Positions 27,824 to 35,713 of a stretch of DNA of 42,573 nt are shown piece by piece. This DNA comes from a virus (Duplodnaviria; Caudoviricetes). How positions within the stretch are numbered: position 1 is the first letter of the stretch; the number at the start of each line of letters is the position of its first letter. The notes beneath the pieces are model-generated. The model was not told the origin of the DNA and made no database searches. It saw only the letters and a program-made list of their open reading frames with translations. The DNA is taken from the IMG/VR virus record IMGVR_UViG_3300020044_001154, positions 1 through 42,573 of that record; one strand, written 5' to 3'. Made by a program: the position numbers and the translations under genes.

Positions 27824-28047
27824 ACGGGGAAGGGGTGGGAGATGACGAGCATCGTCACCGCTGTCTCGTGCGGTGGTTGATCAAGAGGCGGATGGAGAAC
27901 AGGGACTCTGCCCACCGATGGCTGCATGGCTACACGGAAAACGGCAAGTTCAAACGGGGCTGGAATGACATACATCCAGACTCAATTCTGGAGCGAGACA
28001 GTATTGACCAATTCAATCGCGGGAATCGCGGGGAGGGATGGCTATGA
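27820..28047 (+). CDS. Hypothetical protein
   Basis: EHRHRCLVRW…QFNRGNRG; start codon uncertain. Confidence 0.55.
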   Translation: MNGEGVGDDEHRHRCLVRWLIKRRMENRDSAHRWLHGYTENGKFKRGWNDIHPDSILERDSIDQFNRGNRGEGWL

Positions 28048-28352
28048 CGCCCACACAACGGAGCCTCAAGTATTTGCGGGAAGAAGGTTATACGGTAGCC
28101 ATCGTTGAAAAATGGAATCCGTGGGTAAAGATCAGGCAGGACTTGTTTGGGTTTATAGACCTGCTGGCAATCAGGAAGGACGAGACTTTGGCGGTGCAGG
28201 TGACTGCTTCTGGCGTGAGTTCCAGACTCAAGAAGATTTCCGAGTCTGAGCTACTCCCCAAGGTTAGAGAAGCTGGCTGGAAAATTCAGGTGCATGGTTG
28301 GCGGAAAAACAGCAAGAATAAATATGTCATGCGGATTGTTGACATCTCCTGA
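28044..28352 (+). CDS. PD-(D/E)XK Holliday-junction resolvase/VRR-NUC-like nuclease
   Basis: LREEGY…DLFGFIDLLAI…AVQVT. Confidence 0.65.
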   Translation: MTPTQRSLKYLREEGYTVAIVEKWNPWVKIRQDLFGFIDLLAIRKDETLAVQVTASGVSSRLKKISESELLPKVREAGWKIQVHGWRKNSKNKYVMRIVDIS

Positions 28353-28392
28353 TAATGTAATGTAGCATTACACCATTAACAAGGAGACAGTG

Positions 28393-28716
28393 ATGGCAGA
28401 CCCAAACGAAGCGGTAGATTACATCTTCAAGAATGGCAAGAAGTTTGCGAAGGCGAAGGCTGAACGGATTTACTTGGAAGAGTATCGCAAGTCGCTCAAG
28501 GCTATCCTGATGAAGCGCAGTGTTGAGAATGCGATAGGCGCTCAGGAGCGTGATGCTTATGCCCATGAAGAGTATCTGGCGCTATTGCAGGGATTAAAAG
28601 CAGCAGTAGAGGTTGAAGAGGAGTTGCGGTGGGCGTTGATAGCTGCTCAGGCGCGTGTGGAAATCTGGCGTTCGCAGGAAGCAACAAACAGGGTTGAGGG
28701 TAAGGTGACGATATGA
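28393..28716 (+). CDS. Conserved helical phage protein
   Basis: aaggag RBS; AQERDAYAHEEY…EIWRSQEA. Confidence 0.65.
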   Translation: MADPNEAVDYIFKNGKKFAKAKAERIYLEEYRKSLKAILMKRSVENAIGAQERDAYAHEEYLALLQGLKAAVEVEEELRWALIAAQARVEIWRSQEATNRVEGKVTI

Positions 28717-28874
28717 GCGTGAAGAATCCGTTATGCCAGACCTGCCGTCAAGAGGCTGGATATAAAAAAGTGCCTACCGCCAACGGTAAATCTTTTCGCT
28801 GGAAGTGTCAGAGTTGTTTGAATCGGCAGACTGTGAGTTTCATGTCCATCAAAGACAGGAGGATTTACAAATGA
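28713..28874 (+). CDS. Small Zn-ribbon protein (53 aa)
   Basis: Hand-translated CQTC…WKCQSC; ATGA coupling. Confidence 0.6.
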   Translation: MSVKNPLCQTCRQEAGYKKVPTANGKSFRWKCQSCLNRQTVSFMSIKDRRIYK

Positions 28875-28941
28875 GCGTTGATCTGGTGATTATCGTGTGT
28901 GTGGCAGCTTTCCTTGCAGGATATATGTATGGAGAAAAATA

Positions 28942-29124
28942 ATGAGTACACATAATGAGACAGAGTTGGTAAAGGCGATTGCGTATTTGAAAGAGAGAAA
29001 GATTTATATCATTGAGTTTCCGTTTAAACCAACCAACGCGGCACAGACAGACGTTGCTGCTACTGTAAGACGTTACAAACAACAAGTGCAGGGCTTGCCT
29101 GCAATCAAACAGGTGCGGAAATGA
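28942..29124 (+). CDS. Hypothetical protein
   Basis: ggag RBS; ATG at 28942. Confidence 0.55.
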   Translation: MSTHNETELVKAIAYLKERKIYIIEFPFKPTNAAQTDVAATVRRYKQQVQGLPAIKQVRK

Positions 29125-29282
29125 TTAACTGGCGCGATGTTTACGGTAAAGAACAGGGCTGGCAAATTCATACGCCGCACTGCAAACACTGCTACCGCGA
29201 GGGCTTTTTTGATGCTGGCGTAAGTGGATTATTGATTATTTTTGCGTTGATTTTACTATATGGAATTGAGGTGATGAAATGA
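29121..29282 (+). CDS. Small protein with CxxC and C-terminal TM segment
   Basis: Hand-translated; ATGA coupling at both ends. Confidence 0.5.
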   Translation: MINWRDVYGKEQGWQIHTPHCKHCYREGFFDAGVSGLLIIFALILLYGIEVMK

Positions 29283-29560
29283 GACACAAACACGCAGACC
29301 TGATATGCGCTTGGGCTAACGGGGCGCAGATACAAACATACATAACTTTTACGGAAGAATGGATTGATACTCTTGCCCCCGTGTGGGTGGAAGGCTCACG
29401 ATATCGCGTCAAGCCCGAGCCAGCGCCGGATGTTGTGGAGCATTACTACGCCACTATTTACGCAGTATCTCCTGCTGTGCATTTTAATGGCACACCAAAT
29501 CTGAAGCTCACGTTTGACGTTGAGACATGCGATTTGAAATCAGCGGAGGTGTTGAAATGA
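29279..29560 (+). CDS. Conserved small phage protein
   Basis: HKHADLICAWANGAQIQ…YRVKPEP. Confidence 0.7.
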   Translation: MRHKHADLICAWANGAQIQTYITFTEEWIDTLAPVWVEGSRYRVKPEPAPDVVEHYYATIYAVSPAVHFNGTPNLKLTFDVETCDLKSAEVLK

Positions 29561-29910
29561 GCAAAGAACGCGCAGCAAAAGTGATGCAAGAAATATTCAG
29601 CAAAGGGACGTATGAGGGCGATCTGTTGGGTATACATGAAGGGAGAAAAATGAGCTACACACCAAGAACTGATGTCGCCCAGCACAACATGGGCAGTGTG
29701 GTTGAACCGCACTACGTTGTTGATGTTGAGGTAGCGCAAGGACTTGAGCGCGAACTTGCCAAGGCAAGGGATCAGCGTGATAAGGCGGTGGCGGTGGTAA
29801 AGACAATACGAAAGTGCTTGGTGGCAGGTGCCGTAACGCCTTCAGAAAAAGCGATGGCGGCTATGATTGCTATACAGATCGACAATTTGATGCAGGAGTG
29901 CGGGAAATGA
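29557..29910 (+). CDS. TPRTD…LERELA-type accessory protein (possible internal start at 29650)
   Basis: MSYTPRTD at 29650 with an upstream ggag. Confidence 0.55.
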   Translation: MSKERAAKVMQEIFSKGTYEGDLLGIHEGRKMSYTPRTDVAQHNMGSVVEPHYVVDVEVAQGLERELAKARDQRDKAVAVVKTIRKCLVAGAVTPSEKAMAAMIAIQIDNLMQECGK

Positions 29911-30341
29911 GCGACACACCAAGAACGGATGCCGAATGGACTGATGATTACTACTGTAGCGGGTATGTCCCGACCGAATTTGCCCGACAGCTTGAGCGCG
30001 AACTTGCCGAGGCACAGGCCGAGATTGCGCGGCTGAAGGGCGAGGCTGAATCGTTGGAAAAAGTGTTCGACCGGACTTGTGAGCATTTAGCGGAAGCAAA
30101 AGAGGAACTGAACGACAGGAGAAAATTTGCGTATGCAGTTGAGCAAGCCCTTGACGGAGTGAAGGGTGACTACGTTGAAATAATTGTGGCGCTGCGTAAG
30201 GACGCTGAGAGGTATCGGTGGATGAGAGAACGGCATGAAAACACCATCATGGATATTTACAACAGCATATCTCCTGCGATGATAAAGCCAGAACTACTTG
30301 ACGCCGCCGTTGACGCGGAAATGAAGGAGGGCGGGAAATGA
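29907..30341 (+). CDS. TPRTD…LERELA-type accessory protein with an Ead/Ea22-like KDAERYRW motif
   Basis: MSDTPRTDA; FARQLERELA; LRKDAERYRW. Confidence 0.65.
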   Translation: MSDTPRTDAEWTDDYYCSGYVPTEFARQLERELAEAQAEIARLKGEAESLEKVFDRTCEHLAEAKEELNDRRKFAYAVEQALDGVKGDYVEIIVALRKDAERYRWMRERHENTIMDIYNSISPAMIKPELLDAAVDAEMKEGGK

Positions 30342-30667
30342 GCGATACGCCAAGAACGGATGCGTTGATGAGCGATATGAACGAGGGTTGGCCTGATCGG
30401 TGGGCAAAATCACATGCACAGCTTGAACGCGAAGTGGTCAAGCTGAAAGGCGAAGCTGAAAGCTGGGAGAAAGTTTTTGATCGGACTTGTGAGCATTTAG
30501 CTGATGCAAAAACCGAACTTGCCGAAGCAAATGCAAGGCTTGATTGGCTTGATACTGTTGAGTGTAGGATTTATCGCAGGGGTTACGGAGAATATTGGCA
30601 TTACTACGGAGCAGGGTTCCCAAAAATACGAGAAATAATTGATGCGGCAATGAAGGAGGGGAAATGA
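30338..30667 (+). CDS. TPRTD-type accessory paralog
   Basis: MSDTPRTDA; EKVFDRTCEHLA shared with the previous gene. Confidence 0.65.
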   Translation: MSDTPRTDALMSDMNEGWPDRWAKSHAQLEREVVKLKGEAESWEKVFDRTCEHLADAKTELAEANARLDWLDTVECRIYRRGYGEYWHYYGAGFPKIREIIDAAMKEGK

Positions 30668-30873
30668 CACGCGAAGAAATGATTGCGGCGCGGGAAGCTT
30701 TTAAAAAACGTGGATTTTGGCCCAATGAAATCATGTGGGGCTGCTGGAAAGATGCGTGGGATGCTGGAGTAGAAGCCGAGCGTGAGCGGTGCGCGAAGAT
30801 CGTTGAGCAATACACCGGCGCATGGGATGACGAGGGGTTCTCGCTGGCAGCCGCAATCAGAAAGGGTGAATGA
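30664..30873 (+). CDS. Accessory protein
   Basis: AERERCAKIVE…AAAIR. Confidence 0.65.
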   Translation: MTREEMIAAREAFKKRGFWPNEIMWGCWKDAWDAGVEAERERCAKIVEQYTGAWDDEGFSLAAAIRKGE

Positions 30874-31160
30874 TGAAACCAGAAGCACAACGTATCGCCA
30901 TCGCGGAAGCGTGTGGCACCATAAAATGGAGTTATGCCTTACCACAAAAGTGTGTTGCGGCAAGCGTTCCCAACTACCTCAACGACCTCAACGCCATGCA
31001 CGAAGCGGAGAAGGTTTTAAACCAAAAGCAAAAAGAACATTATTTTTTTATTATTTTTAATTTTTATGGAAATTGGCCTGAAGCAATTCAAGCCACAGCC
31101 GCTCAACGAGCAAGGGCGTTTTTACGTGTTATTGAAAAATGGAAATGGGAAGGAGAATGA
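30870..31160 (+). CDS. Accessory protein
   Basis: PNYLNDLNAMHEAEK…ATAAQRARAFL. Confidence 0.65.
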   Translation: MMKPEAQRIAIAEACGTIKWSYALPQKCVAASVPNYLNDLNAMHEAEKVLNQKQKEHYFFIIFNFYGNWPEAIQATAAQRARAFLRVIEKWKWEGE

Positions 31161-31576
31161 TGACTGACCGTGAAATGCTTGAACTTGCTGCAAAGGCGGC
31201 GGGTTACTCTTGCAGAATACGCACTACAAAAATTGGTATTGAAAAATTTTATGTCAATGGGCATGTTTGGAACCCTCTCATCGACGATGGAGATGCGCTG
31301 CGGCTGGCGGTGAAACTTGGTTTGATGCTGGACGAGATAACGCAAGGCTATATGGCAGGGCATTGGGTTGCTACACACACCAACATTGAATCGTGCTATG
31401 AGTTAGCGATACCTGACCCCTACGCCGCTACCCGTCGCGCTATTGTTCGCGCAGCAGCAGAGATTGGAAAAGGTATTGTGCAGACTGTTAGCAACGACTT
31501 GCCAGAAGATAATTACTACAAGACACAAGCAGAGGCAGTTGAGGTTGCCGCCGCAGCAATCAGAAAGGGTGAATGA
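31157..31576 (+). CDS. Accessory protein
   Basis: DREMLELAAKAAG; WNPLIDDGDALRLAVKL; ATRRAIVRAAAEIG. Confidence 0.7.
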   Translation: MMTDREMLELAAKAAGYSCRIRTTKIGIEKFYVNGHVWNPLIDDGDALRLAVKLGLMLDEITQGYMAGHWVATHTNIESCYELAIPDPYAATRRAIVRAAAEIGKGIVQTVSNDLPEDNYYKTQAEAVEVAAAAIRKGE

Positions 31577-31929
31577 TGACTGACAAACTGAGAGCCGCCG
31601 CATTGATGGCAGTTGACGCACTGGATTCTGACGATCCAACGATACAGTTGAGAGCCGCACTAAATCTACGTGCCGCGCTTGCGGAACAGGAACCGATTGC
31701 GTGTGTCGGAACTAACGGGGAGTTAATGTGGCTAAAAAAACCGGAGGTGATTTATAGCAAACCACAACCGCTGTATGCCGCCCCGCCACAGCGCCCGTGG
31801 GTTGGGCTGACAGATGATGAAATAGACGAAATTTATAAGGCGCATCACACCCAATATGGTGAATGTAAGTCTGTAAATTTTGGTTATGAACGGGCTATTG
31901 AAGCCAAGCTGCGGGAGAAGAACACATGA
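31573..31929 (+). CDS. Accessory protein
   Basis: QEPIA…PLYAAP…WVGLTDDEI…RAIEAKLREKN. Confidence 0.7.
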   Translation: MMTDKLRAAALMAVDALDSDDPTIQLRAALNLRAALAEQEPIACVGTNGELMWLKKPEVIYSKPQPLYAAPPQRPWVGLTDDEIDEIYKAHHTQYGECKSVNFGYERAIEAKLREKNT

Positions 31930-32129
31930 CCAAAAAACACAGGCAGGAAGCACTAGCGCAGGAAGCGCGGGAGAAGGTCAGGAAGCCGCTGACGGATGAA
32001 CAAATCTATGAATGCTACAGGGCTGAGTTCGACATAATGCTGGCGGATTCAAGGGCGCTAAATACTATAAAACGGTTTGCAAGAGCAATCGAACGCGCAC
32101 ACGGGATAGGGGTGGAAGATGCCAATTAA
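31926..32129 (+). CDS. Accessory protein
   Basis: KPLTDEQI…FARAIERAHGI. Confidence 0.65.
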   Translation: MTKKHRQEALAQEAREKVRKPLTDEQIYECYRAEFDIMLADSRALNTIKRFARAIERAHGIGVEDAN

Positions 32130-32277
32130 ACGGCACCCGACAGACCCCGACAAGGTGGTATTTGTACGCCATAAATTAATACCAAGCTACGACGAGCAAG
32201 CAGCAAGAATCAAGGTGCTTGAGAAGGCTTTGGTCAAAGCGGACGAGGACTACGAGAAATTGAAGGAAAAGAAATGA
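32119..32277 (+). CDS. Small hypothetical protein (52 aa)
   Basis: Hand-translated MPIKRHPTDPDKVVFV…. Confidence 0.5.
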   Translation: MPIKRHPTDPDKVVFVRHKLIPSYDEQAARIKVLEKALVKADEDYEKLKEKK

Positions 32278-32453
32278 ATGATCCAACACTACGAGATTTA
32301 TTTGCAGGGCTTGCGATGGCAGGCTACATCATGACGGGGAAAGCGAATAACACAACCGTCATGGCACGCAGGGCATTTCACATAGCAGATCAGATGATAG
32401 AGGCGAGAGATGAACAAGCAGGAACGCAGGGAGATGATGCCGCAAACGGCTGA
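32274..32453 (+). CDS. Small conserved phage protein
   Basis: LRDLFAGLAM…AFHIADQMIEAR. Confidence 0.6.
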   Translation: MNDPTLRDLFAGLAMAGYIMTGKANNTTVMARRAFHIADQMIEARDEQAGTQGDDAANG

Positions 32454-32580
32454 GTGGGTAGACGAGATCACAAAAGTATTTGGCCCCCCTGCCGCTATCA
32501 AGGCGGAGGAAAACGGACACAAGATCGACTGGAAGAGCAATGACGAAAGACGAGCGAAAGTATCTGGGAAGGGTGGCTGA
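32410..32580 (+). CDS. Small hypothetical protein
   Basis: MPQTAEWVDEITKVFG…AEENG. Confidence 0.5.
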   Translation: MNKQERREMMPQTAEWVDEITKVFGPPAAIKAEENGHKIDWKSNDERRAKVSGKGG

Positions 32581-32821
32581 ATTGGGGTGTAGCGTTTGCC
32601 GCAGGATGGGATACGAGGGAACACCGGCTGAGATACATCACAGGAAGGGCGGGATGGGCATTGGGCAGCGTTCTAAACACGATCAGGCCATCCCACTATG
32701 CCCAGAACACCACAGGGGCGCTACGGGCGTACACGGCCTCGGGGTGCGGGGGTTCAGAAAACACTGGGGTTACGGGGAAGAGGAGTTGCTGGAGGACGTA
32801 AAGCGGCTTTTGGGGGGCTAA
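32540..32821 (+). CDS. Ref-like (recombination enhancement) HNH nuclease
   Basis: GCSVC…AEIHH…IPLCPEHHRG…GVH. Confidence 0.8.
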   Translation: MTKDERKYLGRVAELGCSVCRRMGYEGTPAEIHHRKGGMGIGQRSKHDQAIPLCPEHHRGATGVHGLGVRGFRKHWGYGEEELLEDVKRLLGG

Positions 32822-32841
32822 AAAATATTTGCAGAAAGGTG

Positions 32842-32918
32842 TTGACAGGTCTATTTGTTTCACTTAAAGTTACATCACTGACTGCAATCAAGCAGACAGA
32901 ACCAGTGAAGGAAATAAA
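32842..32918 (+). promoter_or_regulatory. Promoter-leader cassette 1
   Basis: TTGACA-17-TAAAGT; 5' hairpin; CAGTGAAGGA. Confidence 0.7.
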
Positions 32919-33209
32919 ATGAACAACGACCTCCAGACGAACAGCATTGACACCCTTGGCTCACTCTTGGCTCAGATCGCTGATCTGACCAAACAAGCGG
33001 ACGCGATCAAAGACGGCATCAAGGATGTGGCTTCACTCGGCGGTGCCAAGGTTGTCGAGGGCGCGATGTTCAAGGCTACTTATATCGAGTCCAACCGCTC
33101 GGTAGTGGATTACAAGACCTTGCTCAAGGACTGCGGAATTGGCGCAGACAAGATTGCCGAATACACCAAGACCACCGCAGTCTTCAGCGTCAAAGTGACC
33201 AGCCGCTAA
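32919..33209 (+). CDS. Conserved early phage protein
   Basis: IDTLGSLLAQIADL…VEGAMFKAT…VFSVKVTSR. Confidence 0.75.
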   Translation: MNNDLQTNSIDTLGSLLAQIADLTKQADAIKDGIKDVASLGGAKVVEGAMFKATYIESNRSVVDYKTLLKDCGIGADKIAEYTKTTAVFSVKVTSR

Positions 33210-33216
33210 ACAGAAT

Positions 33217-33234
33217 GGGGGCTTCTGCCCCCTT
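33217..33234 (+). terminator. Hairpin (weak terminator or processing site)
   Basis: ggggc-ttct-gcccc with no real U tract. Confidence 0.4.
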
Positions 33235-33239
33235 AGGAG

Positions 33240-33437
33240 ATGAAAATGGACGACGAACTTGAAACAATCATTAAAACCGAAGATGGCGTAAAGATATCTG
33301 TTTCGGAGTGGGACGAAGGTGGTGCGTGGATAAATATTATTGTGCGTCACGGCAGCATGTATACCGGCCTGACACGCGCAGAAGCGGAGCAACTGGTGGC
33401 AGGCTTGCAGGCAATCTTGGCGAAGGGGGCAGCATGA
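33240..33437 (+). CDS. Hypothetical protein
   Basis: aggag RBS. Confidence 0.65.
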   Translation: MKMDDELETIIKTEDGVKISVSEWDEGGAWINIIVRHGSMYTGLTRAEAEQLVAGLQAILAKGAA

Positions 33438-33928
33438 GCGCGGGATGGTATGAGGATGGGCGCTACATGACACAGGGAATGCAGGTCAGTGCTGCGTTAG
33501 GGCAGGCTCTGGCGCGAGATACAGACCCCGACACTAGTCACGCCGCAGCTGTAGACGCGCAGGGGCTGTGTGAGATCATCTACAAGGTGATCGCAGGCTA
33601 CAAGGACGGCTGCATCTCTGACGATGTTGAGGCGGCTCTCCCGCACATCCTGAGCCACAGCCTGACGCCGCGTTATCGTCAGATGATAGACGCGGGGATG
33701 ATCGAAGTCACGGGCGAGAAAAGGAAGGGCGACTCAGGCCACCACCAGCAGGTAAGGCGAGTGCTGCCACCCCCCTTCCAGCCGCCAGCAAAGCGGTTGC
33801 TGGCTACCCGCAAGGAATTGGTAAACGCGCTGGAACAGATGGTCAACACTTTTGCGATGTATCGCATCATGAGCGCGCAGGAAATGGAGACTATCGACGC
33901 AGCTAACAAAATACTGAGGCGGACATGA
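33434..33928 (+). CDS. Putative winged-HTH protein
   Basis: ARDTDPDTSHAAA…SLTPRYRQMIDAGMIEVTGEKR. Confidence 0.6.
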   Translation: MSAGWYEDGRYMTQGMQVSAALGQALARDTDPDTSHAAAVDAQGLCEIIYKVIAGYKDGCISDDVEAALPHILSHSLTPRYRQMIDAGMIEVTGEKRKGDSGHHQQVRRVLPPPFQPPAKRLLATRKELVNALEQMVNTFAMYRIMSAQEMETIDAANKILRRT

Positions 33929-34080
33929 ACGAATACGACAAGGGCTTTAAAGAAGCTGAGGAATGGGTTGTGTCAATGATCAACGAGTATTGCGGACTCA
34001 AGGTCAAGACCGTAGCTGACCTGATCGTTTATGTAAATCATCTGCGCGAGAAAGAACTGGAGAAAAAGAATGCATCATAG
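33925..34080 (+). CDS. Small hypothetical protein (51 aa)
   Basis: Hand-translated; ATGA coupling. Confidence 0.55.
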   Translation: MNEYDKGFKEAEEWVVSMINEYCGLKVKTVADLIVYVNHLREKELEKKNAS

Positions 34081-34228
34081 AGCGCGGACGCCGTTCAAGA
34101 TTGTGCAGGAAGCCAGACACCAGCGTGAGCGATTCGGCAAGGCATACTCAGTCATTGCCGAGCACTACGATGTGAGCATGTGGACGGTAAGGGATTGGTG
34201 TGAGTATCGGACGCGGGTGAGCAGATGA
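34070..34228 (+). CDS. Small HTH protein (52 aa)
   Basis: YSVIAEHYDVSMWTVRDWCEYRTR. Confidence 0.6.
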   Translation: MHHRARTPFKIVQEARHQRERFGKAYSVIAEHYDVSMWTVRDWCEYRTRVSR

Positions 34229-35193
34229 TTGAGTTTGGGGATTGCCGCGAGACTATGCGGAAGTGGGCAACGCAAGGCATCAAGGCGCAGACCTGCGTGA
34301 CCTCCCCGCCTTACTATGGACTGCGTGACTATGGGCATGATGGGCAGATTGGACTAGAGGAAACGCCAGAGGAATACATTGCCGCAATGGTCGAAGTGTT
34401 CCGATGTGTGTGGGATGTGCTGGAGGACGATGGGACGCTGTGGCTGAACATTGGGGACAGTTATGCGGGAAGTGGTAAGGGCCGCAATGCTGACGGTTTG
34501 CATCAAGAGGGTGGTAAGCAAGGCACGAACAAGGGAACCATCGTAGGCAATCTCGTTGCAACTGATGCACCGAATTGCAAACCCAAAGACCTTATCGGCA
34601 TACCGTGGATGCTGGCCTTTGCTCTCCGAGCCGATGGCTGGTACTTACGCCAAGACATCATCTGGCACAAGCCAAACCCAATGCCTGAGAGTGTGCAGGA
34701 CAGATGCACGAAAGCGCATGAATACATTTTTCTGTTGAGCAAGTCGCAGAAGTATTACTACGATAGTGACGCTATTGCAGAACCATTAAAAGAATCCTCC
34801 ATTATTAGAAATCAAACAGGATGGCATGGAAACGAGGATAGAGGATATGTAAACGGACCGCAAAATCACATGAGCAAATATTTAGGATCTGATGCGGCAA
34901 AAGAAGCTACAACACGCAACAAGCGCAGCGTATGGACAATTACAACCAAGCCCTACGCTGGCGCACACTTTGCCACCTTTCCGCCCGACCTGATCGAGCC
35001 TTGCATCCTAGCCGGTGCGCCTGCTGGCGGCGTGGTGCTTGATCCTTTCATGGGCAGCGGCACAACGGCAGCGGTGGCTGTTTTAAATGGTAGAAATTAT
35101 TTGGGGTGCGAGTTGAATCCTGCGTATGAGGAGTTGCAGCAGGAAAGGATTAAAGATGCAACCCTATCAATTTCACAGATGAGTCTGCTGTAA
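34225..35193 (+). CDS. Orphan DNA N4-cytosine/N6-adenine methyltransferase (beta class)
   Basis: VTSPPYY; HFATFPPDLIEPCI; VLDPFMGSGTT. Confidence 0.92.
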   Translation: MIEFGDCRETMRKWATQGIKAQTCVTSPPYYGLRDYGHDGQIGLEETPEEYIAAMVEVFRCVWDVLEDDGTLWLNIGDSYAGSGKGRNADGLHQEGGKQGTNKGTIVGNLVATDAPNCKPKDLIGIPWMLAFALRADGWYLRQDIIWHKPNPMPESVQDRCTKAHEYIFLLSKSQKYYYDSDAIAEPLKESSIIRNQTGWHGNEDRGYVNGPQNHMSKYLGSDAAKEATTRNKRSVWTITTKPYAGAHFATFPPDLIEPCILAGAPAGGVVLDPFMGSGTTAAVAVLNGRNYLGCELNPAYEELQQERIKDATLSISQMSLL

Positions 35194-35361
35194 TCGTCAG
35201 AGGGTAAATCAGCCTCCGAAAAAGAAAGGGAAGGAAAAGGCAAATCCCCCCCTCCCCCCTTATAGAAAAGAAGGAGTGCCGTCGATTCGGCAAAGTCAAT
35301 AAGGAAGGGAAAGAAAAAGACTGAATGTCCGAGAGAGGCACTTAGTCTTTTTCTCTACCTC

Positions 35362-35520
35362 CCTCAAAAGGAAAACCCCTACGGCTTGGGTTTCGAGTCG
35401 CGGCGGTGTAGGCAAGGACGGAAAAGGAAATCCTTACTTCCACAACCGAAACCCAATGCGTAGGGGTTCGACCTTTTCCATTACTTGCTCGCCACCACAA
35501 CGAGCCGCCCTTTTGAGGCG
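35362..35520 (-). ncRNA. Second C4-antisense-like structured RNA
   Basis: Long stem; G-U pairs form only on the minus strand; loop CCTTTTCC matches upstream GGAAAAGG. Confidence 0.6.
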
Positions 35521-35525
35521 GCTGC

Positions 35526-35554
35526 ATTCTAGGCGTGTCATACCGTGTTTGCAA
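35526..35554 (-). promoter_or_regulatory. Sigma70-type promoter (leftward)
   Basis: TTGCAA-17-TAGAAT. Confidence 0.65.
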
Positions 35555-35643
35555 GTATCTGGGTGTATATACACATCATTGGACTGTATATCGGTAGACA
35601 GGGGACGGTATTTTAGGTAGCAAAATGACCCCTAAAATAGTTG

Positions 35644-35713
35644 TTGACAGACCCAATCGTTTAACTTAACCTTGCCCCACTGTCATCCGACAGGATAGTG
35701 AAGGGGAAGCGAA
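35644..35713 (+). promoter_or_regulatory. Promoter-leader cassette 2
   Basis: TTGACA-17-TAACCT; hairpin ctgtc-atcc-gacag; TAGTGAAGGG. Confidence 0.65.

Noticed and set aside
34225-35193. Restriction-modification system
   Set aside because: There is no adjacent endonuclease, and orphan methyltransferases are common in phages.
35150-35554. Minus-strand ORFs 35150-35341 and 35342-35554 as genes controlled by the RNA
   Set aside because: The first has low-complexity F/L/S content from the purine skew and its GGAGG is ~16 nt from the GTG. The second starts inside the -35 box.
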